A stretch of DNA of 57,221 nucleotides, from the NCBI GenBank assembly GCA_002104905.1, contig MCFE01000567.1:1-57221 (forward strand), in the 5' to 3' direction. This DNA is from Basidiobolus meristosporus CBS 931.73 (lineage: Eukaryota > Fungi > Basidiobolomycota). A model generated the notes under the pieces. That model was given only the letters and a program-made list of their open reading frames with translations. It did not search any database and was not told the origin of the DNA. Shown one piece after another: positions 13,274-25,881 of this stretch. The first letter of the stretch is position 1, and each line of letters starts with the position of its first letter. A program made the translations under genes and the position numbers.

Positions 13274-14780
13274 TCATGTTCTTGGCTCCTTCAAAAGAGT
13301 CTGGACCATCTTGGGTACTGGAGTAAAGGAATCCTCCTGTAATACTGCCATCAGGAACATCTGGGTGCCTTTTCTTAGTGCTCTACTGAACTGTGTCTTG
13401 CTATGCTCACTTGTCTCACACACACTGGAATTGACCAAGCTGAAATCCAGTGTGGCAGGTAATAGTTCATAGGTCTTATTGTCCTTCTGGATCTGAGTAG
13501 CATGGGTTCTCCAGTTGATTGATGGATTACGACAAAATATCCAGGTTTTCCCAAGTACAAGGTCAAGCTTGCAGTTCCCAAATATATAGGCCTGTAGATC
13601 TTCCTCATAGTCATTGATCTTTATCCTTACTGGCTGAGTAATACGGTTGAATATGTGAGAGTTCCCATCCACTGTTGAGACTGGAGTTGATTTGGTAGGT
13701 TCCAAGTTGATTGCAGCTTTCAGAGCAAATTGCTCCACCATGTACTCATGCAATGCTCCTGAGTCAATCATGATCTTGGCAGGTACTCCATTGATTACCT
13801 CATTCAAGTATAATAGCTTTCCTGAGTTTGAGGTCATCTGGGATAGGTATTCTTCTGTCATGTGGAAGGTGAGTTCTGAGTTGTCTTCAAGTTCATCCTC
13901 CATGTTACTATGCTCCATGGCCACAATACGGTTAAAGGTTCTTGATGGCTGGTGTCCATATCTTCTCTGAGGGCAGTACTTTGCAATATGTCCTTGCTGG
14001 TGGCAATTGAAGCAAAGTCCTTTCTTCTTACATTCTTCTGAGGTAGGATTCTTCTGCATAGCATCTATTTCCATTGGCACTGCTACTGATTGTCTTCTTT
14101 CATAGTGATTGTAGCCTCTCTGATTAGTCATTGTGGGCTTCCCAACTCCAAACATAGCTGAGTAATAGTCAATGGCAATCTTGATGGCTACTTTGGTAGT
14201 CTGAGGTCTTCAATAATTCACTTCCTTGCAAGTTCTTCCTTTCAACCCATCAATAAAGTATTCAACTTGATCCAGAGGGTCCATTCTTTCAATTTGCCCA
14301 AGTAGACATCTATATCCATAGATGTACTCTGAGTCCATTCCTTTTTGTCTGAGTCTCTTCAACTTTCTTCTTAGTAGTGTCTGTTGGTGTGGGGGCTCAA
14401 AGGCATCCTGAATTTCCAACACAAACTCATCCCAGGTAGAGATTGTAGAGTATCCCATCATGGTGGCTGACCTGATCTTGTTGTGGTACCACTACAACAC
14501 TGTGTCTGCCAGGTAAGAGGCTGCATAATGTAACTTGCTTTCTGGAGCAATTCCTTTAGCCTTAAAAGCTTCTCAAACCGAAAGAGCCAAGTTCCCGGGT
14601 TTTCATTGACTCTGCCATGGTACTGGTTGACCTTCACACCAAAGTTGCTCTTAACAGGGCTTTACTGGCTCTGAGCCATTGTAGTCATTACTTGTTACTG
14701 TTGGCTGAGGATCTGGAGTAACTGTTGCTGTTGGGCTAGGGTTTGCTGCATGGCGTTATTCCATTCTTGATTGTCTGACA
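13274..14780 (-). pseudogene. Gypsy gag, zinc knuckle and aspartic protease
   Basis: Retrotransposon-gag-like TWDEFVLEIQDAF...LKRLRQ, CFNCHQQGHIAKYC knuckle, MIDSGA protease motif; frameshifts between the ORFs. Confidence 0.85.
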
Positions 14781-14829
14781 TCTTGAGGGTGGCTTCTTCT
14801 TTCTTCAGGAGGGAGGTTTCCGGTTATTG

Positions 14830-14838
14830 CTGCTACCA
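14830..14838 (-). promoter_or_regulatory. Primer-binding site TGGTAGCAG (initiator tRNA-Met 3' end type)
   Basis: Lies 1 nt inside the 5' LTR end; TGG start is complementary to tRNA CCA. Confidence 0.7.
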
Positions 14839-14839
14839 A

Positions 14840-15214
14840 TGTTACAAGTCTTGGTATAAGAGTTGTAGAGGAATAGCGAGTTTAGCTAGTTTTGTATTCA
14901 CTAAAACCTGAACCCCTTTTGATTGAGATTCCAGCAGCTCCTAATATACATTTTGCCAGATCAATTGCTGACCAATTGTATTCCCTAATGTAGGCTGTGG
15001 CTGATGACTCATTTAATTGCATCATCATCACCCAATAAGATCCTACTTAATATATATATATATTTCTGTCTGATAAGGATCTGCTGATTCATGGGCTGAC
15101 TAATGTTACTGATTTGATAGATAATACTGATATACTGATAACCCAAGCAAATAACTAATTGATTTGACTAAAAAAACTGATCTAACTTTAACAAGCAAGC
15201 GGCAGATCATAATA
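14840..15214 (-). repeat. 5' LTR of gypsy family B
   Basis: Direct repeat of 10921-11295. Confidence 0.85.
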
Positions 15215-15960
15215 CATGTAGCTGAATGCATATATCTGTGCAACTATTATATCAACTATATACTCATTTTGCTTGGGGTGTTGCAAATATTTGACCTTAT
15301 TTCCCTGTGCAAGTTTCCTGTAGAGCAGATATGCAGGGAGATTAGAATATAATTCAGGTTGCATGTATTGCAATATACCAATCTAGCTAAAGTCTTTACC
15401 TTAAAGGCCATCATGGACTTCACAAATTGGCAAATGAAGTACAGCCTGGAGCAGTAATATATTATCAAGCATAGATATGTGCATGGAGATGCCTATTACT
15501 TTGGCACTAAGTAGCTAAGCTGCCCCATTGTTAAAGTAAATGGTTAAGTAAGTCAAAGTTTGGTTTGACATCTCAAGCATATAATTCTATTAGGATACTT
15601 TGCTTAAGTATGCTAGGTATCTTCAGGGAAGAAGCCAATATTGCCTCTTTTTAAAGAGCTCCCACAAACAAGAGCCAGAGTGCACCTGTAAGATGGACTG
15701 GAATCCTGCAGTAAGAAGGAATATATGGGCCAAATACAGAAAGTTCATTGTGGATATTCAGGAGATGTCTATGGCAAAATGGCAGCAACTAAGCATAGGT
15801 TTGCAATACCTTTATGCCACCAGCAATACAAAACATATGGCAACTTAGCAAGTAACACATTAAAAAGCTGTAGAGTGAAGGTGATAGAAGCATATCAATT
15901 GTAGCAGGTGTGCAAGTATTTTAAGGCTATAAGCAAGAAGCCAAATTTTTTGTATTTGAA
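15215..15960 (+). pseudogene. CACTA transposase C-terminal relic
   Basis: Homologous to 3680-4100 and inverted 35900-36340. Confidence 0.7.
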
Positions 15961-15964
15961 CCAT

Positions 15965-17592
15965 GGACTTGTACCATTGGATGGTGCAATATTGAGCTAT
16001 GAGTGCAAAAAAGTGCCACAGTGTACCAGAAAGCATAGCCAACCTATATTTGGCCACACAATGTGAAGCAAACTTCATCTTCATGCAAAGCAGCCTATGT
16101 GTCTCACCCACTGTGCTGAAGAGAATCCATTTTTTGACCTGTTTTTTGAGATCAATGCTGTGCATGACACAAAAGAGCACAGTAGAACTGATTACATGCA
16201 TTTGGTACACAATACCCATGGGACTCTGAATTTAGCTTTGAAGGTTTGTAACATACGGCAAAAATGCATGGCACCATCTGGGTACATTGGTACTACATAG
16301 CACTATATGTAATTATCAGTCTTAGAGTAGAGTTATATGAAGAGCATTTAGAGTGCCAATAATACATGCAGACCTAGACAGAGTCTTGCATTTTGCAATA
16401 TGCTACAAACCTCTTGAACTAGATTCAGAGTGCCATAAATATTGCTCACAAAATGCATGCCTTCAGTCCTTCTGAGCTTGTCCACACCATGCACAACATT
16501 GATCCCAGCAAAAAGGTCAGAATTAGATATTCCCCAGCATAGTATGTGAAATGTAGGGGCTGCACTGCAAGCTTATGACTTTGTCTGACAATAGATTGAG
16601 CTAGAAACTGTTGCAGTTTGTTTGTGAAGGGATCATCACACCTGCCATTCACATGTTGTCCATATAGCTCTCGTTATAAACTTATCTATATAGGACTTTT
16701 TATACTGGAAAGTGCATCATTAAGCAATGAGTGCCAAATGATGCCATAGTGTGCCAGGGCAGCCAAGTGGACCTGTACTTGGTCACAGAGTATGAAACAT
16801 AGTTCTTCATCTTCATGCAAAGTAGCCCCTGTCTTTCACCTGTTGCACTGCAGAAGATCCATATTTGAACTTCTTTTTGGATTGATATTGTGCAGGATGT
16901 GTAAGAGGACACAAGGACTGCACAAGTGTATCTGGTACTCAATACCCATGGCACTCTGAATATATATATATATATAAATGTGAAACATAGCTCTTCATCT
17001 TCATGCAAAGCAGCCTCTATGTTTCACTCATTATGCTGGAGAAAATCCATCTTTTGACCTATTTTTTGGATCCTTGTTGTGCAAGATGGGTAAGAGCACA
17101 GAGGGACTGAAGACATTGATTTGGTACTCAATACTCATGGCACTGTGAACATAGCTCCTATGGCTTGTATCATGTTGCAGCAATGCATGTTACTATCTGG
17201 CACTATATCTAAATATTAATCCTAAAGTAAAATCTATACAAAGCACTTATAGTGCCAGATAGTACCAGTGGACCAAGATGGTGCCATGCATCTGTGTGAC
17301 ATGATATAAGCCACAGGGGCTAGGTTCAGAGTGCCATGGGTATTGAATACTAGCTGCATGTCTTCAATCTTTTAGTGCTTTTACACATCCTGTACAAAAT
17401 TGATCCAAAACAAGGTCAAAAAATGGATTTTCTACAGTATAATGAGTGAGACACAGGGGCTGCTTTGCAGGAAGATGAAGAGCTATGTTTCACACTGTGT
17501 GGTCAGTTTTAGATCTTCTATGCTGCACTGGCACACAATGGCACTACTTAAAACTCATTGCACAATATGGCACCATCCAACAGAACAAGTCT
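15965..17592. mobile_element. Cluster of three partial fold-back MITE copies (about 15965-16575, 16695-16960, 16980-17592)
   Basis: Long inverted arms around a conserved ~40-nt spacer; termini GGACTTGTACCATTGG (15965) and CAACAGAACAAGTCT (17592) resemble the PHIS-element TIR; (TA)n at ~16960-16977. Confidence 0.8.
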
Positions 17593-20379
17593 TTAGGTTT
17601 TAGTCCCATAGAATATCCACTGCGATTGGTTATCAGCATAAGTAACTCCAAATGCTATACAACTTTGTGATTAACAGATTCAACTTTATTAGTCATTTAT
17701 CCACAACACTGCACATGACACATGACCAATGTCTTGACTACTGTCACTACCATTTCAACAACATAAATGGTATCTCTATGTCAAACAGATTTAATACTAC
17801 CAATGCTGAATGAGTTACATGTTCTGTGCCTATATGTACCTTCCAGGACCTTGGTAGAGTATTTTTAGCTCACTGTAATGTCATCAAGAGTTCTATTGAT
17901 GCCTAGTATTGTCTACAACTCTGTCATTACTAATCACCTGGTAATTAGGAAAACTCTTGAAGGGAAGTCAATCCCTCACCAATGAATCAACCCTTCATTT
18001 GGTAGCACTTTCCCCTTGCTGATTAGCAACTGATCACTGCACATACCTTCAACTGTCACACCTCAGACCTGACATCAAGGAGCTTTTAAAGACAGTGCAA
18101 AACACCCAAAGAGGCCTTTGAAGTAACTTCAGCAAATGGGAAACATGTGGAGCAGGAGCCTCAACTATAGTGACTGATTGATGCTGACACCTGTTATGAA
18201 TAGAGCTAAGGAAGGTAGGACAAGAAGAGTATATAGGAATGGATCAACTAGGCAAGGCTGCTATTGCAAGACCTCTGTTCATTAGGCCAAGGAGTATATA
18301 AAGGGAGAAAGGTTTATGTATGCCATTTAGTAGTATGGATGCTGATAGACATTGGCTTATGCTGATGGGGATCTGTGATTATGCACAGTGAGTGTACAAA
18401 AATAGAGATAGATGAAAGAACAGAATAGTATAGCACATGGGGATATGCAAGAGGTCAGGTCATCATAAGACTTAGTCATGCGCCATGTGATTAATTTGTA
18501 CTACTGTTCACTGATTCACATACATCCTGGCCTGCAGCAATCTCTGCTAGGTCTAACACCTCATTTGCTATTCCTTAAACACTGAGAAAAAATTTAAAGA
18601 CAAGGCCAGCATAATAGAGTGACATTGTCAGGTTAATGTCATGTCTGTCAGATCTTAGAGCTTTGAATATCCCAAGAACTGTCTATTGGGAAGGCAAGCG
18701 GACTTAGTTTTCATAGGAAGACTAGGCTAGTTTGAAATTTTATAAAGTATGCAAGTGAGCTGCTCACATGATCCATCAAAGATTGAGTCTAAAGATTTGA
18801 AGGAATGGCACCATCTGAATAATGGTAAGATGCTACCAGAATAACAGCACAAAACCAGCTGCAAGTCAGATGAACTCCAAGTGTGGCCTTTCTCACTGAG
18901 TTGCATTGCTTGTCAGTAGGATAACCAATCTGTTTTTAATGCAAGGTATTGAGGCTATGGTAGGCCCATTGTGTTTCTCTGCATGCTCATCTAACCCACT
19001 GGAGTGCTGCCCAACTAGCTGTTCTTCAAGCTCTGTTGAAAGTCTCAGCTGTCATTTTAGTAATTCCTTTTTGCTATATTAGGATTCAGACTGCTATTGG
19101 TGGACCGCATCATTGGGGGAGAACTGCAACTTTCCCATCAACAATTTTATGCCTAGAAAGACACACATTTTTTTCCTTTCCCTGAATCTTTGCCTCTGTC
19201 TTGTTCATTGCAGCTATTTAGTTAGTGCTTCATTTGCCATTCTACCCTTTTTCCTTAGTATATTCCCCACTTGTACAACTTTTCTGCGTATTTTTCCCTA
19301 CCCAAGCCTTCTTGGGGATATCTATATTTCCTAACTTCTGTAGTAAATCTACAGGCCCTGATTGTGACAGGTTCTGGTGGAAGCTGCTGGCTTTTAATTG
19401 CCTCACTATATTTAGCAATGAGCTGATGATTAGCTTGCAAACACAAGTGGAAGTGATGTCATGATACCCATTTGCTAGTCCTGCACTGAAGGTACTGCAG
19501 TTGCTTTATTCTCAATTGCCTAAGCAATATGGTCAATTTGCAGCTCCACAGATATTCTCAATTGCCTACTTGACTGAGAGCCTGAAGAGTCAGCATTATT
19601 ATCTTGAGTGGATACCACTTGATGCACTGAATGTCAAAGCAATCTGCTGTTCAGGGTTTTCAGCTGATGTATGCAGTGAGGTTTGGCTGGTATCCAGACA
19701 ACTGTGCTTTATCCTTTGGCAGCATATATACAGATGTGAGTCAAAATATAGGAGAAATGTTGTCCAACATATGTACATGTATGGTGCCAAAGCTTCATTT
19801 TCAATGCCAATCATGGTGTTTTAACATTAAATCTTACATTCAAATAGGCACAATGGATCAAATACAAAACTGTCTTGAATGCATGTTGAATTCAAAAAAG
19901 TGATACAAGAATGAACCAGACATGGAGTTAATCATCAATTATGAGTAATGGGGCTTAAGGATTTACTGCTGCTTTATGTAAAGTCAATCCTGGGATTTAG
20001 CTTACTGTGCATATGGTAAAAATGACAACATTATAGCACTGGTGCATATGACCTAGAGACCATTCTGATGTCAGCAGGTGCTGACAGTTGAGTAGTATGC
20101 ATATCAGACCAGCCACCAATGCAAGGTTTTCAGCTTGTCAGGAATCCACCACCATAGGTGCAAAAGATTGCTTACACTCCAGATGTACTTCTACAATACC
20201 CCATATAGGAAATCTCATACAACCTAACAAATATTGTGAAACTATAGAGAACTACACTCAGCATCAGTAAATACCAGCATTTCTGATTTCTTGGATTGTA
20301 AGCATTGCATCTAACTTGGAAGCAAGGGCTGCCATGAAGATATGTACAACCATACATTTGCCTTGGTACTCTATGGACT

Positions 20380-21680
20380 CTTATTAGTCAAGTACTTTGC
20401 AGGCACTTCCAACTGATCACTGATTCATGTTTAGCAGAACTTGCCATCAGTCTTGCAACCCTTGCCAATGCCCAAAAACTCTAAAAGTGTTGGCAATATA
20501 TTATAGAGTAACTGCATGCCAAAGTACTTCTTATGAGCTCTACCCAAAGCTCATATGCCTATGTAACAACACTATTGCAAGGACTGGATGAACTGGGGAT
20601 GTATTTATTGAAGTGACCTTCTGATGCTAACTCTCTTCAAAGAACACCAAAAGTATTGGCCAATTTGCAGGCTTCACACTAAAAAGCCATAATTTTGAGG
20701 TGATAGGAGTGTTCTGACTGCAGTGGATGTATGCATATGTGGGGGTTAGTAGACCAGAGGCCATATGTTGATGAATCAACCTATTTGGGAAATACCCATG
20801 GGACTGGTGAGTAAGTAAATAAATAATGACAACTGTACAGCACAATCTCTAAATGATTCAAGGGGGTGTACAATTGCATGCTGACTACTATATGCTCTCA
20901 CCACAGGAAGATGATGTTTTTAGTATTTGTGTTTGGGTAATAATCAAGTGTGTGAGTTATAGAGTACATTCCTGGGCTCTCACACATCTATCAGTAATAC
21001 CATCCATTGTGCCCAGAAAGCTAGCTATCTTGTTGATAGCTAGGGTATCTCCAATGCAGATAATGATATGTGCTATGACATGATGGCTATTAGCTGTTAT
21101 CCTGCTGGAAAGCATACAAATTCATCCAACTATGGGTACAGGTAGCTATCCAGGCTGGATGGCAATTTTGGCCCAGATTCCAGTGAGACAACCATCAGAT
21201 TATTGCTCTGATACCATAAGATGGGTGGCAGATTCAGATCAATGAGAATCAATGGCCAGCAGGATATGCAGGTAGAATACTTGTTTAGTGAGAATCCATC
21301 AAGTATCAAGCCAAAGGCATGCTGATAGAAACTTTCAAAGTATCCCTTGCTTCTTTGCTCTTTGTAATGTTTGCCATCAAATATATTGGAAATATTTGTG
21401 CTTGATTGATACTTAGTGCAGTACTTTGTAGGATCATAATAATTGTCTGACTGCATGAGCTTCTTCAAATGGTGTATTATTGGAACAGGACCAGAGTGTA
21501 AATAGTGTTTTTGCCCAATGCTGGTGAGTTATGCTACAATTAATAAAGTGATTTGGATATAAGGAACTTATCAAGAAATAGTGATAATTGTTGAACTGTT
21601 GTTTATTCATAAAGAAGCACAGTATTTATACCTTTGTAGAAGTAATGCAGTTGTAACACTGAGTAAGGAGGGTTTCTCAA
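20380..21680 (-). pseudogene. CACTA/EnSpm-like transposase relic (Tnp2 N-terminal part)
   Basis: ISNIFDGKHYK...FGLILDGF...CWPLILIDLNLPP...GPKLPSSLDSYLYP, the typical Transposase_21 signature. Confidence 0.85.
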
Positions 21681-23410
21681 CATTCCGGAACATTTTGTAA
21701 CAGTTTCAGGGCTAGTACATGATATATGGTAAAGTGCTACTCTGATCTTGACTATAATAAAATAATCATAGGATCATAGATCTGAAAAAAGTGGCAAAGT
21801 TAGGTCTATAGGTTAGTCCTATGGTGACCAAGACTAGTCTGTAATTGTTAAGTAAATTTAGCTGCTGAATGATACCAAATAGTCCAATCTTTTAACACTG
21901 CCCCTCAACTAAATAATTTCTTATTCATACTTCCACTCTGCAATTCTCAAATTGTGACCTAGTTAGTGGTGTTGTCAATATATCTGTCACTATTTTGTCA
22001 ATTGGGCAGTAAACTAACTCTACTAAGGTATTTTCTACAGCTTTCCTCACAAAGTGGTGTTGTACAAATATGTGCTTAGTTCTAGCATGATTAATAGGAT
22101 TCCTGGCTAGTGAAATACAACTTTGATTATCCTTGTAAATATATGTTGGTTCATTTGAGTCAAAACCTAAGTCTCTGAATAATTTTTGTAGCCATATAGC
22201 CTCCTTAGTTGTTTGACAAGCAGCCATATACTCAGCTTTGGTTGTATAGAGGGCCACAGATGGTTGTTTCTTGCAATTCCAAGTAATAGCTGCATCAGCA
22301 TAAAGAAATACATACCCAGTGGTGGAGTGTCTGTCAGTCCAGTCTCTGCCCTAATCTGAATTACCATAACCATCAAACATTTGCTATTAGCTGCCCCAGA
22401 GTATTCCAGTACCATATTTATGGTACCTTTTAAATAGCAGAAAATTGCTTAACTGCTATAATTAGATCTAATCCATTACTCTTCATGAATTGAATAACAA
22501 TTCCAACTGCCACTGCAATATCTGGACATGTAGACACCATCAGGTACATCAGGCTACCAAACATTGATTGATAGGGGAAGTTTTGGCCAATACTTCAGCC
22601 TTTATCACCTCAAGCTGGCTGAGAATTGCTCAGGTTCAGGTTATTGTCCATAGGGGTAGCTGCAGGCTTGCAATTTTCCATTCTGAAGTATCTAGGAGTG
22701 TCCCTGATGAATGTACACTGATTCAGCACAATTTTCAGTATAGGTATATCAAATTTTACTTTAATCCCAAGAAAATAGCTCAATTTTCCATGATCTTTCA
22801 TCTCAAATAGGCTGAAGTTATATGATTTTTTCTGTTTCAGTGCCTTCTGTTCACATTTAGCTATTATTAGGTTGTCCACATAATGAGCTATGATGATCAC
22901 TTCCTTTTTACGTGGTTTCACATATGTACTGTAATCTGAAGTGCTACAAATGAGCCTACTCTCCTTGAGATATGTGTCAATATTGTTATACCACGCTCTA
23001 GGTGCCTGTTTGGTCCCATGCAGCAATTTCCAAAGTCTGCACACCTTATGGTGGCTGTTTGGATTGGTGAAGCCTTTGAGTTGCTCCTTATATATAATAT
23101 CTTGCAAATCCCCATTTAGAAAGGCTGGTTTGACACCTATTTGGTGTGGATCTATACTGTATACAGCTGCCAGGGCTAGAACTGTCCTATTGGAGTTAAA
23201 CTTGGCAACCAGAGCAAGTGTTTCCTTAAAGCCTAGTCCCTGGATCTGGGAATAGCCTTTTACCACCAATCTAGCCTTGTACTTATCAACAGTACCATAT
23301 AGGTTTATCTTGGTCTTGTAGGCCCATCTACATTATATTTGATTTCTACCATTCAATAAGTCTACCAGTTCCCACATTTTTGCCCTGATCAATGATTGGT
23401 ACTCCTCCTG

Positions 23411-23779
23411 TGTTATGATCTGCCACTTAAATGTTTAAGTTAGATTGGTTTTTAGTCAAATCAACTAGTAATATGTTTAGCTTATCAGTATATTAGTATT
23501 GCCTATCAAATTAGTAGCATTAGTCAGCAGATGAGTAAGCAGATCCTTATCAGACAGAATTAGATATTTTAAGTAGGATCTTATTGGATGATGATGATGC
23601 AATCAAATGAGTCATCTGCCACAGCCTACATTAGGAAATGCAATTAGTCAGCAAGTGATCTGGCTAAATGTATATAAGGAGCTGCTGGAACCTCAACAAA
23701 GATCAGTTCAAGATTTGGTGAATACAATACTTGCTAAACTCCCTAATCCTCTACAACTCTTATACCCAGACTTGTAACA
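23411..23779 (+). repeat. Solo LTR of gypsy family B
   Basis: Homologous to 12903-13270. Flanks CCTG/TCCG are each one transition from CCCG, which restores copia A-M-R-E-E-Y. Confidence 0.8.
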
Positions 23780-24609
23780 TCCGCATGGCTTGTTACCACA
23801 TTTTAGCAACTGGGCTCTACATTGTCTGATGTAGATTCTGGGGTTTGGCACAAAAGGCAAGATAATAGACTTGTTCCATTGTACCATGCCAGGGCGCGCG
23901 GCGCAATCCGCGGTTGCAAAGAACGATTGGGCGCAATATTATAGCTACCAGAAGGCAGGATTGTTCTTGGACGATTTCGCACTATGCGGGACAATCTTGC
24001 ACACTATGGCACAATCTGACACAATGAGGTTGGCGCGGATGATTGCGCCAACTTGTAATGCTTGCATCACGTGCGCGATTGGATACCGCTATAATGGCAG
24101 GTAAAATCCGGTATTTGGATATGTTTCTTTAATGTAAATGGAAATGAATGTGTATCACACTATAAACTACACTGATACTTACTATTTTGGTCACCCTCAC
24201 TCCAATTGGACGGTATCTCAGTGGTTAGTTGGTCCAAAAGTATCCTGAAGCTGGCAGCCCCCAATTGGCTCATTGACTACTGAAAAAGCTACCTGATTCG
24301 CCATCAAATATCCCATTTTGCCCATTGAGCAAGTAAATCCCTGATCCTAGTGATTGGGCAAGGTGTCATAGCTAGCACGCAAGCAATCGTGTAAGTGCAA
24401 AACAGATCCAATAGCTGCACTGGTATTACAGATGACGTATATATATGCAGGGTGTTTATTTATAGGGGTTCTGTCTCAAATGTGAGACAACCTTGATATT
24501 ACTTATATCAAAAATTTGATGATCACTGATTTGCGATGGCTCGATTTGGATCGCAAAAAAAAAGGGTTGTTGGGATCATTACAAATGTGAGCGATTCAAA
24601 GCAATCGCA

Positions 24610-25881
24610 TCATCTTCTCCTGGGTTTTTTTCTCACAGGGATTACTACTGAAGCATTTGGTAGTGACTCACTTTGCACACCTATACTACTTCCTGGCTGA
24701 CTATCATCTTGGCTACTTGTGTATTCATAGTCAGTATTTTGCCTCCTAGTTGATGAGTGCGATGCTGCAGCTTGGCTGCGCTGAATTGCTCCAACTGAAC
24801 CAACTGAACCAACTGAACCGGCCTGTAGTGCCACGCGCTGACACGTTCTTTTACTTGCCAAGGGCTCCGGTGGTTGAGTCACTTCATGTTGGTCATCATC
24901 AGTCAGTTCACCAGAAGTAACTCGCTGATGGTCAGGCAAAACGGCCCGCACAGGCGCGCCTTGACGCGTTGAGATGGCCCTTGGCTGAGTTTGAAGTGAT
25001 GCCGCATGTTGACGCGACTCGGTCCGCTCCAATGGACTTGTGTCTAAATGAGCAGTTTGGCGAGTTCTGGTAGTTTTGCTCTGAAGCGCGCGCGTTGACC
25101 TGACGCGCGTTGACTCAATGTGCGTTGACTTGACGCGGGGCGTTCTGGTAAAGGGTGTTGGCGTGGTCTGGACTGACGTGCGCCGGCGCGCTGTGGTTGC
25201 AAGAGATGGTAGGGAATCCAGCAAGGCATGCTGGCGTGATCTGGACAATGTTGCTTGCGGTCTGTATTCTTCCTCCTGAAGCTCACCATCTGATTCCTCA
25301 AGGTATTCACTTACCCTCTGTCTGATACTTTGGAGCTGTTGCCTGGATGAGTCCTGTGTATATTGCTCTCGGAAGCCACTTAGCTCTACTAATATATCAC
25401 GTAGTACATTAGTCATTTGAGGCAAAAACTCATTCAAAATCTCTTTGGTTCCCAAAGTTGAGGCACGAACGGACGCGTCCAGCCCGTACTGTGCAAATTG
25501 CGCGCAAAATTGTTCCCGCGCGGCTTCCTTGTCAAATCCCCTCACTCTCAGCTCATTCTTGATTTCAATACTTGTCTTGTTATATATCTTTTTACATACA
25601 TTGGCTGGCATCTTGATGTAGAACTCATGCCACAGCTTTCTACTCAAATTCTTCCATCTTTGTGGACTCTCTGAGGTATCTAGTTCTGCTAGATTAATCA
25701 GTAGTGCCCAAATATCTGTATGAAGGCTCATCATAGACACTTGGGCCATACTAAAATCATTTGGCAAGAACTCAAACGGATCCGACATCAACTTTTCCGG
25801 TCTGGACCGCGCTTGTGAGCTGGGGGATGGGTTTTGTCTGGGTTGTACTAAAGATGAGTTGAGGCTTGGTATGGGGACCAT
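24610..25881 (-). CDS. Accessory ORF2 of the PHIS-type transposon (423 aa, unknown function)
   Basis: Long uninterrupted ORF inside the TIRs; helical-looking N-terminus, S/T/R/Q-rich low-complexity C-terminus, terminal KKPRRR resembling an NLS. Confidence 0.75.
   Translation of the reverse strand: MVPIPSLNSSLVQPRQNPSPSSQARSRPEKLMSDPFEFLPNDFSMAQVSMMSLHTDIWALLINLAELDTSESPQRWKNLSRKLWHEFYIKMPANVCKKIYNKTSIEIKNELRVRGFDKEAAREQFCAQFAQYGLDASVRASTLGTKEILNEFLPQMTNVLRDILVELSGFREQYTQDSSRQQLQSIRQRVSEYLEESDGELQEEEYRPQATLSRSRQHALLDSLPSLATTARRRTSVQTTPTPFTRTPRVKSTHIESTRVRSTRALQSKTTRTRQTAHLDTSPLERTESRQHAASLQTQPRAISTRQGAPVRAVLPDHQRVTSGELTDDDQHEVTQPPEPLASKRTCQRVALQAGSVGSVGSVGAIQRSQAAASHSSTRRQNTDYEYTSSQDDSQPGSSIGVQSESLPNASVVIPVRKKPRRR

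Larger units (their letters stand above)
10921..15214 (-). mobile_element. Ty3/gypsy LTR retrotransposon (family B), internally deleted: lacks RT
   Basis: 375-bp LTRs at 10921-11295 and 14840-15214 (~6% divergent by eye); 4-bp TSD CGTG/CATG; PBS TGGTAGCAG; gag, CCHC knuckle, protease (IMIDSGA), RNase H, integrase (WGIDFIG). No RT motifs between protease and RNase H. Confidence 0.85.

Noticed and set aside
15965-17592. CRISPR-like or ncRNA interpretation of the repeated hairpins
   Set aside because: No regular short repeat-spacer periodicity; the long inverted arms with transposon termini fit MITEs, and the context is eukaryotic.
18576-18592. CACTGAGAAAAAATT as a CACTA left end
   Set aside because: No matching right end or TSD could be paired with it.
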